Shown here: piece by piece, positions 17,791 through 25,303 of the stretch
Layout of the letters: the number at the start of each line of letters is the position of its first letter
How positions within the stretch are numbered: the stretch's first letter is position 1
NCBI GenBank assembly: GCA_937860055.1
Contig: CALMBO010000009.1
Span: 54,414-86,413, forward strand
Length of the DNA: 32,000 nt
Origin: an uncultured Verrucomicrobiota bacterium
Lineage (GTDB): Bacteria; Verrucomicrobiota; Kiritimatiellia; CAIQIC01; Lenti-01
Direction: 5' to 3'
Position numbers and translations under genes: made by a program
The notes under the pieces: model-generated
Database searches by the model: none
What the model saw: the letters and a program-made list of their open reading frames with translations, nothing else
Told to the model about the DNA's origin: nothing

Positions 17791-18587
17791 GGCCGTGCTC
17801 CTTTGATGGCCTCGATGGTGGCGGAGCGGACGAACTTTTCCGCGCCGCTTCCCGGGAACCAATCCTTGATGAAGATTTTGCTTTGCTCGTTCACGCGGAT
17901 GAGGATTCCGGAAAAGCCGGCGGCTCTGAGCATGCGCTTCGTTTGGGAAACGGTGGCGGATCCGGCAATGCAGCCGCTATGGGCCTGGAGGTTCCGTTTT
18001 ACCTTGGCCGGGATGGAGGCGACGGCCACGACATCGGAAATGGCCAGGCGCCCCCCCGCTTTCAGGATCCGGAAGGCTTCGGCGAAGACCTGCGGCTTGT
18101 CGGGCGACAGGTTGATGACACAGTTGGAGAGGATAACGTCCGCCGTCGCGTCCGCGACGGGCAGGTGCTCGATTTCGCCGAGGCGGAAATCCACGTTCCG
18201 GACCTTGCCCCTCACCGCGTTTTCGCGCGCCTTGTGGACCATTTCGGGTGTCATGTCCACGCCGATGACATGGCCCTTCTTGCCGACGCGGCGGGCGGCG
18301 AGGAAGCAGTCGAATCCCCCTCCGCATCCGAGATCGACCACGGTTTCGCCGGGCCGGAGATCCGCGATGGCCTGCGGGTTGCCGCATCCAAGGCCCATGT
18401 TCGCCCCCCCTGGAACGGCGGCGAGTTCTTCCTGCGAATAGCCGATCTGGGCCGAAGCGTCGGGGTTGAGCAAGGCGTCGGGCTGGCAGCAACTGCTGGA
18501 ACAGCCGCACGCGCCGCCGGATTTTGCGATGCCGGCGTAGCGGTTGCGGATATGTTGGCGGACCCGGTCTTTCTGGGGGGAAGGCAT
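17787..18587 (-). CDS. arsM: Arsenite S-adenosylmethionine methyltransferase
   Basis: [10 protein letters not shown], the SAM motif [36 protein letters not shown] and HSGCIAG provide the conserved ArsM cysteines and Rossmann motifs. The N-terminus is Cys-rich ([11 protein letters not shown]). Confidence 0.9.
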   Translation of the reverse strand: MPSPQKDRVRQHIRNRYAGIAKSGGACGCSSSCCQPDALLNPDASAQIGYSQEELAAVPGGANMGLGCGNPQAIADLRPGETVVDLGCGGGFDCFLAARRVGKKGHVIGVDMTPEMVHKARENAVRGKVRNVDFRLGEIEHLPVADATADVILSNCVINLSPDKPQVFAEAFRILKAGGRLAISDVVAVASIPAKVKRNLQAHSGCIAGSATVSQTKRMLRAAGFSGILIRVNEQSKIFIKDWFPGSGAEKFVRSATIEAIKGARP

Positions 18588-18590
18588 GAT

Positions 18591-19036
<446 letters not shown>

Positions 19037-19040
<4 letters not shown>

Positions 19041-19609
19041 TTGAACTCGAACCCCAGTTCCTTCCATTTCGCGAGGATGTCTTCCTTCGGGAAGAATCCT
19101 TCATGGCGGAAGAGCTCCTTGCCTTCGGCGTCGAAGAATATCTGCAGGGGAATCACGCGGACGCTGTATGTCTCGCCCGCGCTTTCCTCTTTCCAGACGT
19201 CGATGAAATCCACCTGGAGTTGGCCGGAGTAGGCGGCGCGGAGTTCATCGAGGATGGGCGCCATCATCTTGCACGGAATGCATTTGTCCGCTCCCAGCTC
19301 GAGGAGGCGCGGAAGGGCGGACGGCTTCTCAACGCCCGGGGCGGTTGCGGCGCCTTCCCGCGCCGGAATTTGTTCAACGGCCGCCAGCCGATTCTGTTTG
19401 AGGGTGAATACGGCGGCCAAAGCCAGAAGCAAGGCGGCGAGGATCGCGCCGGTCTGCCATTTCATCTTGGTTTTTCCTTTCCGTGCTCGGAGCCATTGGG
19501 TGGCGGCATATGACGCGAAGAAGATGCCCAGCACGACGAGCAGAGAAGCGAAATCGCTGCCGCCGCCCGGCGGGCAGCAGGCGGGAAAGGATTCCAATTC
19601 GTTGGTCAT
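19037..19609 (-). CDS. Membrane-anchored thioredoxin-fold protein (TlpA/ResA-like, CIPC active site) with an N-terminal vicinal-Cys tail
   Basis: Two hydrophobic helices are separated by the basic loop RARKGKTKMK. A Trx fold follows with LGADKCIPCKMMAP and a cis-Pro region VRVIPLQIFF. GAGG lies 8 nt upstream of the ATG at 19609, which is 13 nt after the upstream stop. The N-terminus reads MTNELESFPACCPPGGG. Confidence 0.75.
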
Positions 19610-19622
19610 CGCGGCGCCTCGT

Positions 19623-19856
19623 TCAGGCCAGATGCTTTTGGATTTCGCCGGGGCTCAAGACCTTGCCGACGCTTTTGACTGTGCCATCCACGACGAGGGC
19701 CGGGGTGGACATGACGCCGAACTTCATGATTTCCATGATTTTTTCGACCTTTTCGATTTTTGCCTCGATCCCGGCGGTTTTTGCGGCCGCTTCGGCGTTG
19801 GCGAACAGTTGCTTGCACTTCGGGCAGCCGGTTCCGAGGATTTGAATATGTTTCAT
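19623..19856 (-). CDS. Small thioredoxin-family protein (redox-active disulfide protein 2 / Thioredoxin_3 type)
   Basis: MKHIQILGTGCPKCKQL...STPALVVDGTVKSVGKV; 77 aa with a CPKC motif. This is the classic small partner of COG0701 permeases. Confidence 0.85.
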   Translation of the reverse strand: MKHIQILGTGCPKCKQLFANAEAAAKTAGIEAKIEKVEKIMEIMKFGVMSTPALVVDGTVKSVGKVLSPGEIQKHLA

Positions 19857-19871
19857 GGCATTCCTTTCTCG

Positions 19872-21251
19872 TCAGGAAACAATGGCGCCGAACATCCATC
19901 CGGACAGCGTCGCCATGACAACGACCAGGCCCACGTAGGTCAGGGTTTTCCGGGGGCCGAGGATGGAGTTGATCACCAGCATGTTGGGGAGGGAGAGGGC
20001 GGGGCCGGCGAGGAGGAGGGCGAGGGCGGGCCCTTGGCCCATGCCGCTGTCGATCAAGCCGCGCAGGATGGGGACTTCGGTCAGCGTGGCGAAGTACATC
20101 CAGGCGCCGGCGAAGGCGGCGAAGAAATTGGTCCACAGCGGCCAGAGGAAGGAAAGCCAGGCCGGCGCTTCCGTTTCGGGGCGGCCGAGGAGGGAGAGCA
20201 GGGCCTGCGGCGAGTCGCCGACGAGCGCCTGGATCCAGAGATTCGGGACGATGCCGGCATCGGCATGGTCGGGGCTGCCGAGGAAGAACCCGGCGGCGAG
20301 CACGCCCATGAACAGGAGGGGGAGGATTTGCTTGGCGAAGCCCCACGACTGGTCGCGCCAGTCCTTGAGTTCCGCCCCGCCGAAGAACGTCAGGGCCGCC
20401 AGCCCGGCGGAACCTGCCGCGAAGGCCGCCACGGGGTATTGCGGAAGAGCGATGCCCAGCGCCAGGGCGGGGGCGGCGGCCAGGAGAACATGGGCCGGCT
20501 TGACCTGGAAGAACCGCCACAGACAGACGCCCATCAGGGCGGCGAACAGCGAGGTGAGGATCCATTTGGCCTGGAAGATTGCAAACCAAATGCCGGAGGT
20601 TTCCTGCGGTCTGGCCCAGTTGGCGAAGACGAGAATGCCGACCATGGAGAGAAAGTAGAGCGCGACTTGCCAGAGCGGGCGATCGTCCTTCTCGTCGTCG
20701 CCGAGGAACACTTCCTGGGGGTTGGCGGCCTTGGCTCGTTCCTCCTTCAGGAAAATCAAATGCATGAGCAGGCCGATGACGACGCTGAAGGCGATGGCGC
20801 CCGCGGCGCGGGCGGCGCCGAGCGGGAATCCCAGCACGCGGGCGGTCAGCACGATGGCCAGCACGTTGATGGCCGGGCCGGAATAGAGGAAAGCGATGGC
20901 GGGGCCGAGGCCCGCGCCGCGGAAGTAGATGCCGCCGAAGAGGGGCAGGACGGTGCACGAGCAGACCGCCAGGATCGTGCCCGAAACGGAGGCCACGGAG
21001 TAGGAAAGCCATTTCGGCGCCTGGGGGCCGAAGTATTTCATCACCGCGTTCTGGCGGACGAAGACGCCGATGGCCCCGGCGATGAAGAACGCCGGCACAA
21101 GGCAGAGCAGCACGTGTTCCCGGGCGTACCACTTGGCGAGATGCAGGGCTTCGAGGAGCGCCCCTTGGAAGCGGAGGTGCTCCATCGGCAGGAAGTAGAG
21201 GCCGAGGAGGGCGGCCAGAAGGCCGAGGAGGATTTTCAGTTCTTTGTTCAT
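19872..21251 (-). CDS. COG0701/ArsP_1-family permease (ArsP-like)
   Basis: REHVLLCLVPAFFIAGAIGVFV...SVSGTILAVCSCTVLPLFGGIY..GAGLGPAIAFLYSGPAINVLAI is the family signature, including the CxC pair. The protein is multi-TM and 459 aa. Confidence 0.85.
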   Translation of the reverse strand: MNKELKILLGLLAALLGLYFLPMEHLRFQGALLEALHLAKWYAREHVLLCLVPAFFIAGAIGVFVRQNAVMKYFGPQAPKWLSYSVASVSGTILAVCSCTVLPLFGGIYFRGAGLGPAIAFLYSGPAINVLAIVLTARVLGFPLGAARAAGAIAFSVVIGLLMHLIFLKEERAKAANPQEVFLGDDEKDDRPLWQVALYFLSMVGILVFANWARPQETSGIWFAIFQAKWILTSLFAALMGVCLWRFFQVKPAHVLLAAAPALALGIALPQYPVAAFAAGSAGLAALTFFGGAELKDWRDQSWGFAKQILPLLFMGVLAAGFFLGSPDHADAGIVPNLWIQALVGDSPQALLSLLGRPETEAPAWLSFLWPLWTNFFAAFAGAWMYFATLTEVPILRGLIDSGMGQGPALALLLAGPALSLPNMLVINSILGPRKTLTYVGLVVVMATLSGWMFGAIVS

Positions 21252-21261
21252 GGCGGCCCGG

Positions 21262-21570
21262 TCAGACGGAGCCCTCTTGGCGCTTCTTGACGGATTTCAG
21301 GGCTTCGAAGGTGCAGCCAAGCGCTTGCAGCATGCAAGGGCAGGCGAGGTGGTGGATGACCCGTTTTCCGGCGCGCCGTTCAGTGACGATTCCGACTTTC
21401 TTGAGTTTCTCCAAATGGCGGGAAATGGTCGGCTGGCTCGTCGCGGCGAGACTGCGGAGGTCGTTGACGCAGCAATCGCCGCGGCCCAACGCGTCCAGCA
21501 TGAGGACGCGGGTGGGGTGGGCGAGGGCCTTCAGGAGATCGGCGCGGGCTTTGGCTTGGGCGGTGTTCAT
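21262..21570 (-). CDS. arsR: ArsR/SmtB-family metalloregulator
   Basis: ADLLKALAHPTRVLMLDALGRGDCCVNDLRSLAATSQPTISRHLEKLKKVGIV is the winged-HTH region with Cys in the alpha3 site. It corresponds to the last 102 codons of the 665-aa track ORF. Confidence 0.9.
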   Translation of the reverse strand: MNTAQAKARADLLKALAHPTRVLMLDALGRGDCCVNDLRSLAATSQPTISRHLEKLKKVGIVTERRAGKRVIHHLACPCMLQALGCTFEALKSVKKRQEGSV

Positions 21571-21578
21571 AGATTTAA

Positions 21579-21606
21579 GATATACACATATGTGTATAAG
21601 TGTCAA
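21579..21606 (-). promoter_or_regulatory. Putative sigma70-type ars promoter (TTGACA, 16 nt, TATATC) ending about 8 nt before the arsR ATG
   Basis: The minus strand reads cTTGACActtatacacatatgtgTATATCttaaatctATG. No Shine-Dalgarno sequence lies between the -10 element and the ATG. Confidence 0.5.
21581..21598. promoter_or_regulatory. 18-bp perfect palindrome TATACACATATGTGTATA, candidate ArsR operator
   Basis: Self-complementarity was verified base by base. The sequence is AT-rich in a GC-rich genome and spans the -35/-10 spacer and the -10 element of the putative ars promoter. Confidence 0.6.
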
Positions 21607-21714
21607 GGAGGGCGGGGGACGGTTCGCGGTTGATTTGCGGAGGGGCTCTGGCAACATAGGGATGGCCCAGCGCGCGCCGGCCGGCGCGTCGCCGGTCCAC
21701 CAAGGAGCAACGAC

Positions 21715-23142
21715 ATGAAGACGCTGAAAGCCTGTCTGGTTTCCCTGTTCATTCCCCTGTGCGCGCCGGCGGCAACGATGCCGGAGGCGATGCTGATCCT
21801 GGACGCGTCGGGCAGCATGATGGGGGCGGCGGGGGGGCAGACCAAGATCGATGCGGCCAAAGCGGTGCTGGCCCAGGTGGTGCCGGCCGTCGCGCCGGAA
21901 GTGAAGATCGGCCTGGCCGCCTATGGCCACCGCCGGCCGAACGATTGCGCGGACATCGAAATTCTCGTCCCGCCCGGCAACGAAGACCGCGCCGCCGTGC
22001 TGGCCCGCATCGCCGCGATGCAGCCGCGGGGGATGACCCCCATTTCGGCGGCGGTGACGCAAGTGGCCGATCTGCTGAAAGGGCGCGACGCGGAAACCAC
22101 GATCGTGCTCGTGAGCGACGGCCAGGAGACCTGCGGCGGCGATCCGTGCGCGACGGTGAAGGCGCTGAAAGCCGCCGGCGTGAAATTCGTGATGCATGTG
22201 GTGGGATTCGACGTGACGGAGGAGGACAAGGCGCAGTTGGCGTGCATCGCGGAGGCCGGCGGCGGCAGGTATTTCGGCGCGTCGGACGCGGCGGGTTTGC
22301 TGGCGGCGATGCAGGCCGTGAACCAGGAAATCGCGCAGAAGGTGGAACAGGCCAAGACGCAGGTGGTGCAGCAGGCGACCGGCCTGGGCAAGCTGCGGAT
22401 CGCGGTTCCGGAAAGCGCCCTGCAAAGCCTGAAGGGGTTCCGCATCGTCCGCAAGAGCAGCGGCAAGGTGGTGAAGGAGGGCGAACTTCCGGCGGCGGAT
22501 TCGACGCATCCGCTGATGTCGGGCGACTACTCGCTGACGCTGCTGTTCGCGAATCCGAACTACCAGCCGCCGACGGAAATGCCGCTGGGCGATTTCACGG
22601 TGGTGAAGGGCGGCACGGCCGCGATGGAGCTGGGAGCGCTGGTCTTCAACATCGCCGAGGAGCTGAAGGAGGCCCCGGTGGAGGCGATCATCGTTTCGGA
22701 GAGCGGCGCGGACCGCGAGGTGCTGCGGATCCTGCCGCACGGGAACGACTATTATCTCTTCAAGCCCAAGGCACTGCTGCCGGGCACCTGCGATGTGTCG
22801 TTCCTCTACCGCCGCTGCGAGAAACCTTCGAAAGTCGCAGCGGGGCTCGGGGTGGCGGCGGGCCAGGAAACCGTTCTGACGCTGGATTCGGGGATCCTCG
22901 TCACGCGGCCGGGGGAAACCCGGGTGCGCGGCTGGGACCTGCTGCCGGCGGGCGGCGGCGAACCCGTGCTGTCCATCCGGCGGGGATTCGACAACGAGGA
23001 GCCGCTCTGGCGCCCGTTCCCGGTGCCGCCGGGGACGTACGACCTGATCCTGAAGGTCAGCGACATGGACGAGGACCTCCCCGCCGGAGAAGGCATCGCG
23101 ATCGAAGCGGGCAGGACGGTGCGGTTCGACACCGGCCTGTAG
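21715..23142 (+). CDS. Secreted von Willebrand factor A (VWA) domain protein with C-terminal beta-rich region
   Basis: Signal peptide MKTLKACLVSLFIPLCAPAA, MIDAS-like LILDASGSM and IVLVSDGQETCGG. AAGGAG lies 8 nt upstream of the ATG. Confidence 0.8.
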   Translation: MKTLKACLVSLFIPLCAPAATMPEAMLILDASGSMMGAAGGQTKIDAAKAVLAQVVPAVAPEVKIGLAAYGHRRPNDCADIEILVPPGNEDRAAVLARIAAMQPRGMTPISAAVTQVADLLKGRDAETTIVLVSDGQETCGGDPCATVKALKAAGVKFVMHVVGFDVTEEDKAQLACIAEAGGGRYFGASDAAGLLAAMQAVNQEIAQKVEQAKTQVVQQATGLGKLRIAVPESALQSLKGFRIVRKSSGKVVKEGELPAADSTHPLMSGDYSLTLLFANPNYQPPTEMPLGDFTVVKGGTAAMELGALVFNIAEELKEAPVEAIIVSESGADREVLRILPHGNDYYLFKPKALLPGTCDVSFLYRRCEKPSKVAAGLGVAAGQETVLTLDSGILVTRPGETRVRGWDLLPAGGGEPVLSIRRGFDNEEPLWRPFPVPPGTYDLILKVSDMDEDLPAGEGIAIEAGRTVRFDTGL

Positions 23143-23166
23143 GCCGCCTTCCTGCGCCGGCGGACG

Positions 23167-23260
23167 GTTTTCCACGCCGTGGAAAAACTGCCGAAAGTTT
23201 TTCCATTGCGTGGAAAAAGGCGTGAAAGTTTTTCCATTGTGTGGAAAAGTGGCCGGCAAA
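23167..23260. repeat. Three tandem ~31-bp direct repeats, each containing the inverted repeat TTTTCCA-N5-TGGAAAA
   Basis: Units GTTTTCCACGCCGTGGAAAAACTGCCGAAA, GTTTTTCCATTGCGTGGAAAAAGGCGTGAAA and GTTTTTCCATTGTGTGGAAAAGTGGCCGGCAAA, read directly. They are intergenic, between the VWA stop and the lapA-like start. Confidence 0.8.
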
Positions 23261-23282
23261 CCAAAAAGGGCGCCCGATAGAT

Positions 23283-23462
23283 ATGAGCAAAGGAATGATC
23301 CTGGGACTGTCGATCCTGGCCGCGTTCATCATCGTGTTGATCATGACGAGGGACAGCGTGACGGTGAACGTGTTTTCGATGAAGGTGACAATGAGGGCGT
23401 CCTACGCGTTGCTGGCGGCGGCGGGGGTCGGGGTGGTGGCGGGGGCGCTGCTGCGCAAATAA
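23283..23462 (+). CDS. Small membrane protein, LapA-domain-like (DUF1049 pattern)
   Basis: 59 aa: TM (ILGLSILAAFIIVLI), then SVTVNVFSMKVTMRASYALLAAAGVGVVAGALL, resembling the LapA_dom pattern of TM, V-x-V-N-F and TM. The protein is short, so the call is tentative and the start is uncertain. Confidence 0.5.
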   Translation: MSKGMILGLSILAAFIIVLIMTRDSVTVNVFSMKVTMRASYALLAAAGVGVVAGALLRK

Positions 23463-23589
23463 GGCGCATGGCGGGGGACGCCGAGGCCGGGAATCCGGCG
23501 GAAAACCCCGTTTTTCGGCTTTTCAAGAGGGGGGGCGTGGTGGACAATGCCGCGCAAATCGTTTTTCCTATAAGGAAAGGAATCAGCAG

Positions 23590-24171
23590 ATGGATATGAA
23601 GAAGATCGTTGCGGTGGCGGCGGCCCTGGGTTTCCTGGCGTCGGCCGTCGGGGCGGCGGAACTGAAAATCGCGACGGTAGACCTGGACAAGGTGTTCACG
23701 GCGCATCCCAAGACGCAGGCGGCCGAAGCGGACCTGAAGAAGGCCGAAGACGGCATCCAGGAGGAGATGGACAAGATCGTGGCCGAGGGCCGCGCCCTGG
23801 AGGAGGAAGTGGCCAAGCTGCGCGAGGCGGCCAAGAACCCCCTCCTGTCGGAGGATGCGCGCCTGAAGAAGCGCAACGAGGCCGAGGACAAGCTGACGGA
23901 ACTGCAGGAATTCCAGCTGCGCGCCCGCCGCACCCAGGAGACCAAGCTCAAGCAGATGCGCGAGCAGGTGATGAAATCCAGGCAGGGCATCGTGGACGAG
24001 CTGATGGTGGCGGTGGCCGATTTCGCGAAGGCGGAGGGTTATGATTTCGTGCTCGACCGGTCGGGCATGACGATGAACGCAGTTCCCCTGGCGGTCTATT
24101 CCAATCCCGACCTGGACGTGACGGAGAAGCTGATCGAGCGCCTGAAGGCCTCGGCGGCGGATGCGGAATAG
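23590..24171 (+). CDS. skp: OmpH/Skp-family periplasmic chaperone
   Basis: Signal peptide, then LKIATVDLDKVF, a long Lys/Glu coiled region and a C-terminal ...EGYDFVLDRS... . It sits immediately upstream of lpxD, as is typical. Confidence 0.85.
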   Translation: MDMKKIVAVAAALGFLASAVGAAELKIATVDLDKVFTAHPKTQAAEADLKKAEDGIQEEMDKIVAEGRALEEEVAKLREAAKNPLLSEDARLKKRNEAEDKLTELQEFQLRARRTQETKLKQMREQVMKSRQGIVDELMVAVADFAKAEGYDFVLDRSGMTMNAVPLAVYSNPDLDVTEKLIERLKASAADAE

Positions 24172-24183
24172 GCGGAGGGGACC

Positions 24184-25233
24184 GTGCCTACGTTGACGAC
24201 CGGCGAATTGGCGGCGAAGCTGGGGGCCGCGCTCGAGGGGGATTCCGGCATCGTTCTGCAGGGCGTGTCGGATCTGCGCGCGGCGGGGGCGGGCCAGGTG
24301 TCGTTCGCGGGGAATCCGAAGTACCTGCCCGAAGTGGCGGCCAGCCGCGCTTCGGCGGTGATCGTGCCGAAGGAGGCGGCGATCCCCGCGCCCCATCCCG
24401 CGCTGCTGCGCGCGGCGGATGCCGATGCGGCCTTCGCCGCGGCCTGCGCGCTCTTCGCGCCCAGGCCGGTGGTGCTGCCGCGCGGGGTGCATCCGCAGGC
24501 GCTGGTTTCGCCGCAGGCGAAGCTGGGCAGGGAAGTTTCCATCGGCGCCTTCGCGGTGGTGGAGGCCGGGGCCGTGATCGGGGACGGCACCACGCTCTAT
24601 CCGCAGACCTACGTCGGCCACGAGGCGAAGCTGGGCCGGGACTGCCTGCTCTATCCCTTCGCCAGCGTGCGCGAGAGGTGCGAGCTGGGCGACCGGGTCA
24701 TCCTGCACAACGGAGCGGTCATCGGCAGCGACGGGTTCGGCTACGCGGTGGATGCGAAGGGGGTGCGCACCAAGATCCCGCAGACGGGCATCGTGGTGCT
24801 GGAGGACGATGTCGAGATCGGCGCGAACACGACGGTGGACCGCGCGCGGTTCGGCCGGACGCGGGTGGGGAAGGGCACCAAGGTGGACAACCTGGTCATG
24901 ATCGCCCACAACTGCGTCATCGGCGAACATTCGGTGCTGTGTTCCCAGGTGGGGCTGGCGGGGACCACCACGCTGGGCAATCATGTGATCTGCGCCGGGC
25001 AGGCGGGTCTGGCCGGGCATCTGACGGTTGGCGATGGCGCCGTGGTCGGTGCGCAGGCGGGCGTCTCGAAGGATCTGCCCGGCGGCCAGATGTATCTGGG
25101 CGCGCCGGCGGTTCCGCGGCTGGAGTTTGGCCGGTCCCTTGCGCACGTGGCGGGGATTCCCAAGCTCAAGGAGCAAATCAAGGCCCTGGAGGCCCGGCTG
25201 GCCGCGCTGGAGCGCGGCGGGACCGAGGCATAG
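24184..25233 (+). CDS. lpxD: UDP-3-O-acylglucosamine N-acyltransferase
   Basis: The N-terminal region (LAAKLGAALEGDSGIVLQGVSDLRAAGAGQVSFAGNPKY) is followed by left-handed beta-helix hexapeptide repeats (IGDGTTL.., IGANTTVDRA.., IAHNCVIGEHS..). GTG start with GGAGGGG upstream. Confidence 0.9.
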   Translation: MPTLTTGELAAKLGAALEGDSGIVLQGVSDLRAAGAGQVSFAGNPKYLPEVAASRASAVIVPKEAAIPAPHPALLRAADADAAFAAACALFAPRPVVLPRGVHPQALVSPQAKLGREVSIGAFAVVEAGAVIGDGTTLYPQTYVGHEAKLGRDCLLYPFASVRERCELGDRVILHNGAVIGSDGFGYAVDAKGVRTKIPQTGIVVLEDDVEIGANTTVDRARFGRTRVGKGTKVDNLVMIAHNCVIGEHSVLCSQVGLAGTTTLGNHVICAGQAGLAGHLTVGDGAVVGAQAGVSKDLPGGQMYLGAPAVPRLEFGRSLAHVAGIPKLKEQIKALEARLAALERGGTEA

Positions 25234-25303
25234 GATCAAAATCAACGACGCCCGGCGGAATGCGCGGCCGCGGGCGGACATTTCCACGCGCGAGGTGGAC
25301 GAG

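Noticed and set aside
14050-18441. 1463-aa plus-strand ORF, the longest in the track. Similar giants occur at 920-2251(-), 5040-6824(-), 8854-10335(-), 23341-25404(-), 25178-27616(-), 25411-27567(+), 27725-29143(-) and 28807-30261(-).
   Set aside because: These are stop-free shadow frames expected in GC-rich DNA. Their translations are Arg/Gly/Ala/Asp/Glu/Pro-rich low-complexity strings with no motifs. Each overlaps, on the opposite strand or in another frame, a gene with clear family signatures (Na/Pi cotransporter, ccdA, acr3, arsM, lpxD, DUF2723 and others).
21673-21688. 16-bp perfect GC-only palindrome CGCGCCGGCCGGCGCG in the leader of the VWA gene.
   Set aside because: It is made only of CG/GC steps in a very GC-rich region and has no loop, so any effective hairpin would be short. 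I recognise no associated motif. It is probably compositional.
23167-23260. Whether the triple repeat is a CRISPR array, iterons, or coding sequence. Track ORFs on both strands read through it, giving peptides such as FPHNGKTFTPFSTQWKNF.
   Set aside because: The repeats are contiguous with no spacers, and no cas or rep genes are nearby. The ORFs across it merely reflect the repeat and belong to shadow frames. It is reported instead as an unexplained regulatory or structural repeat.
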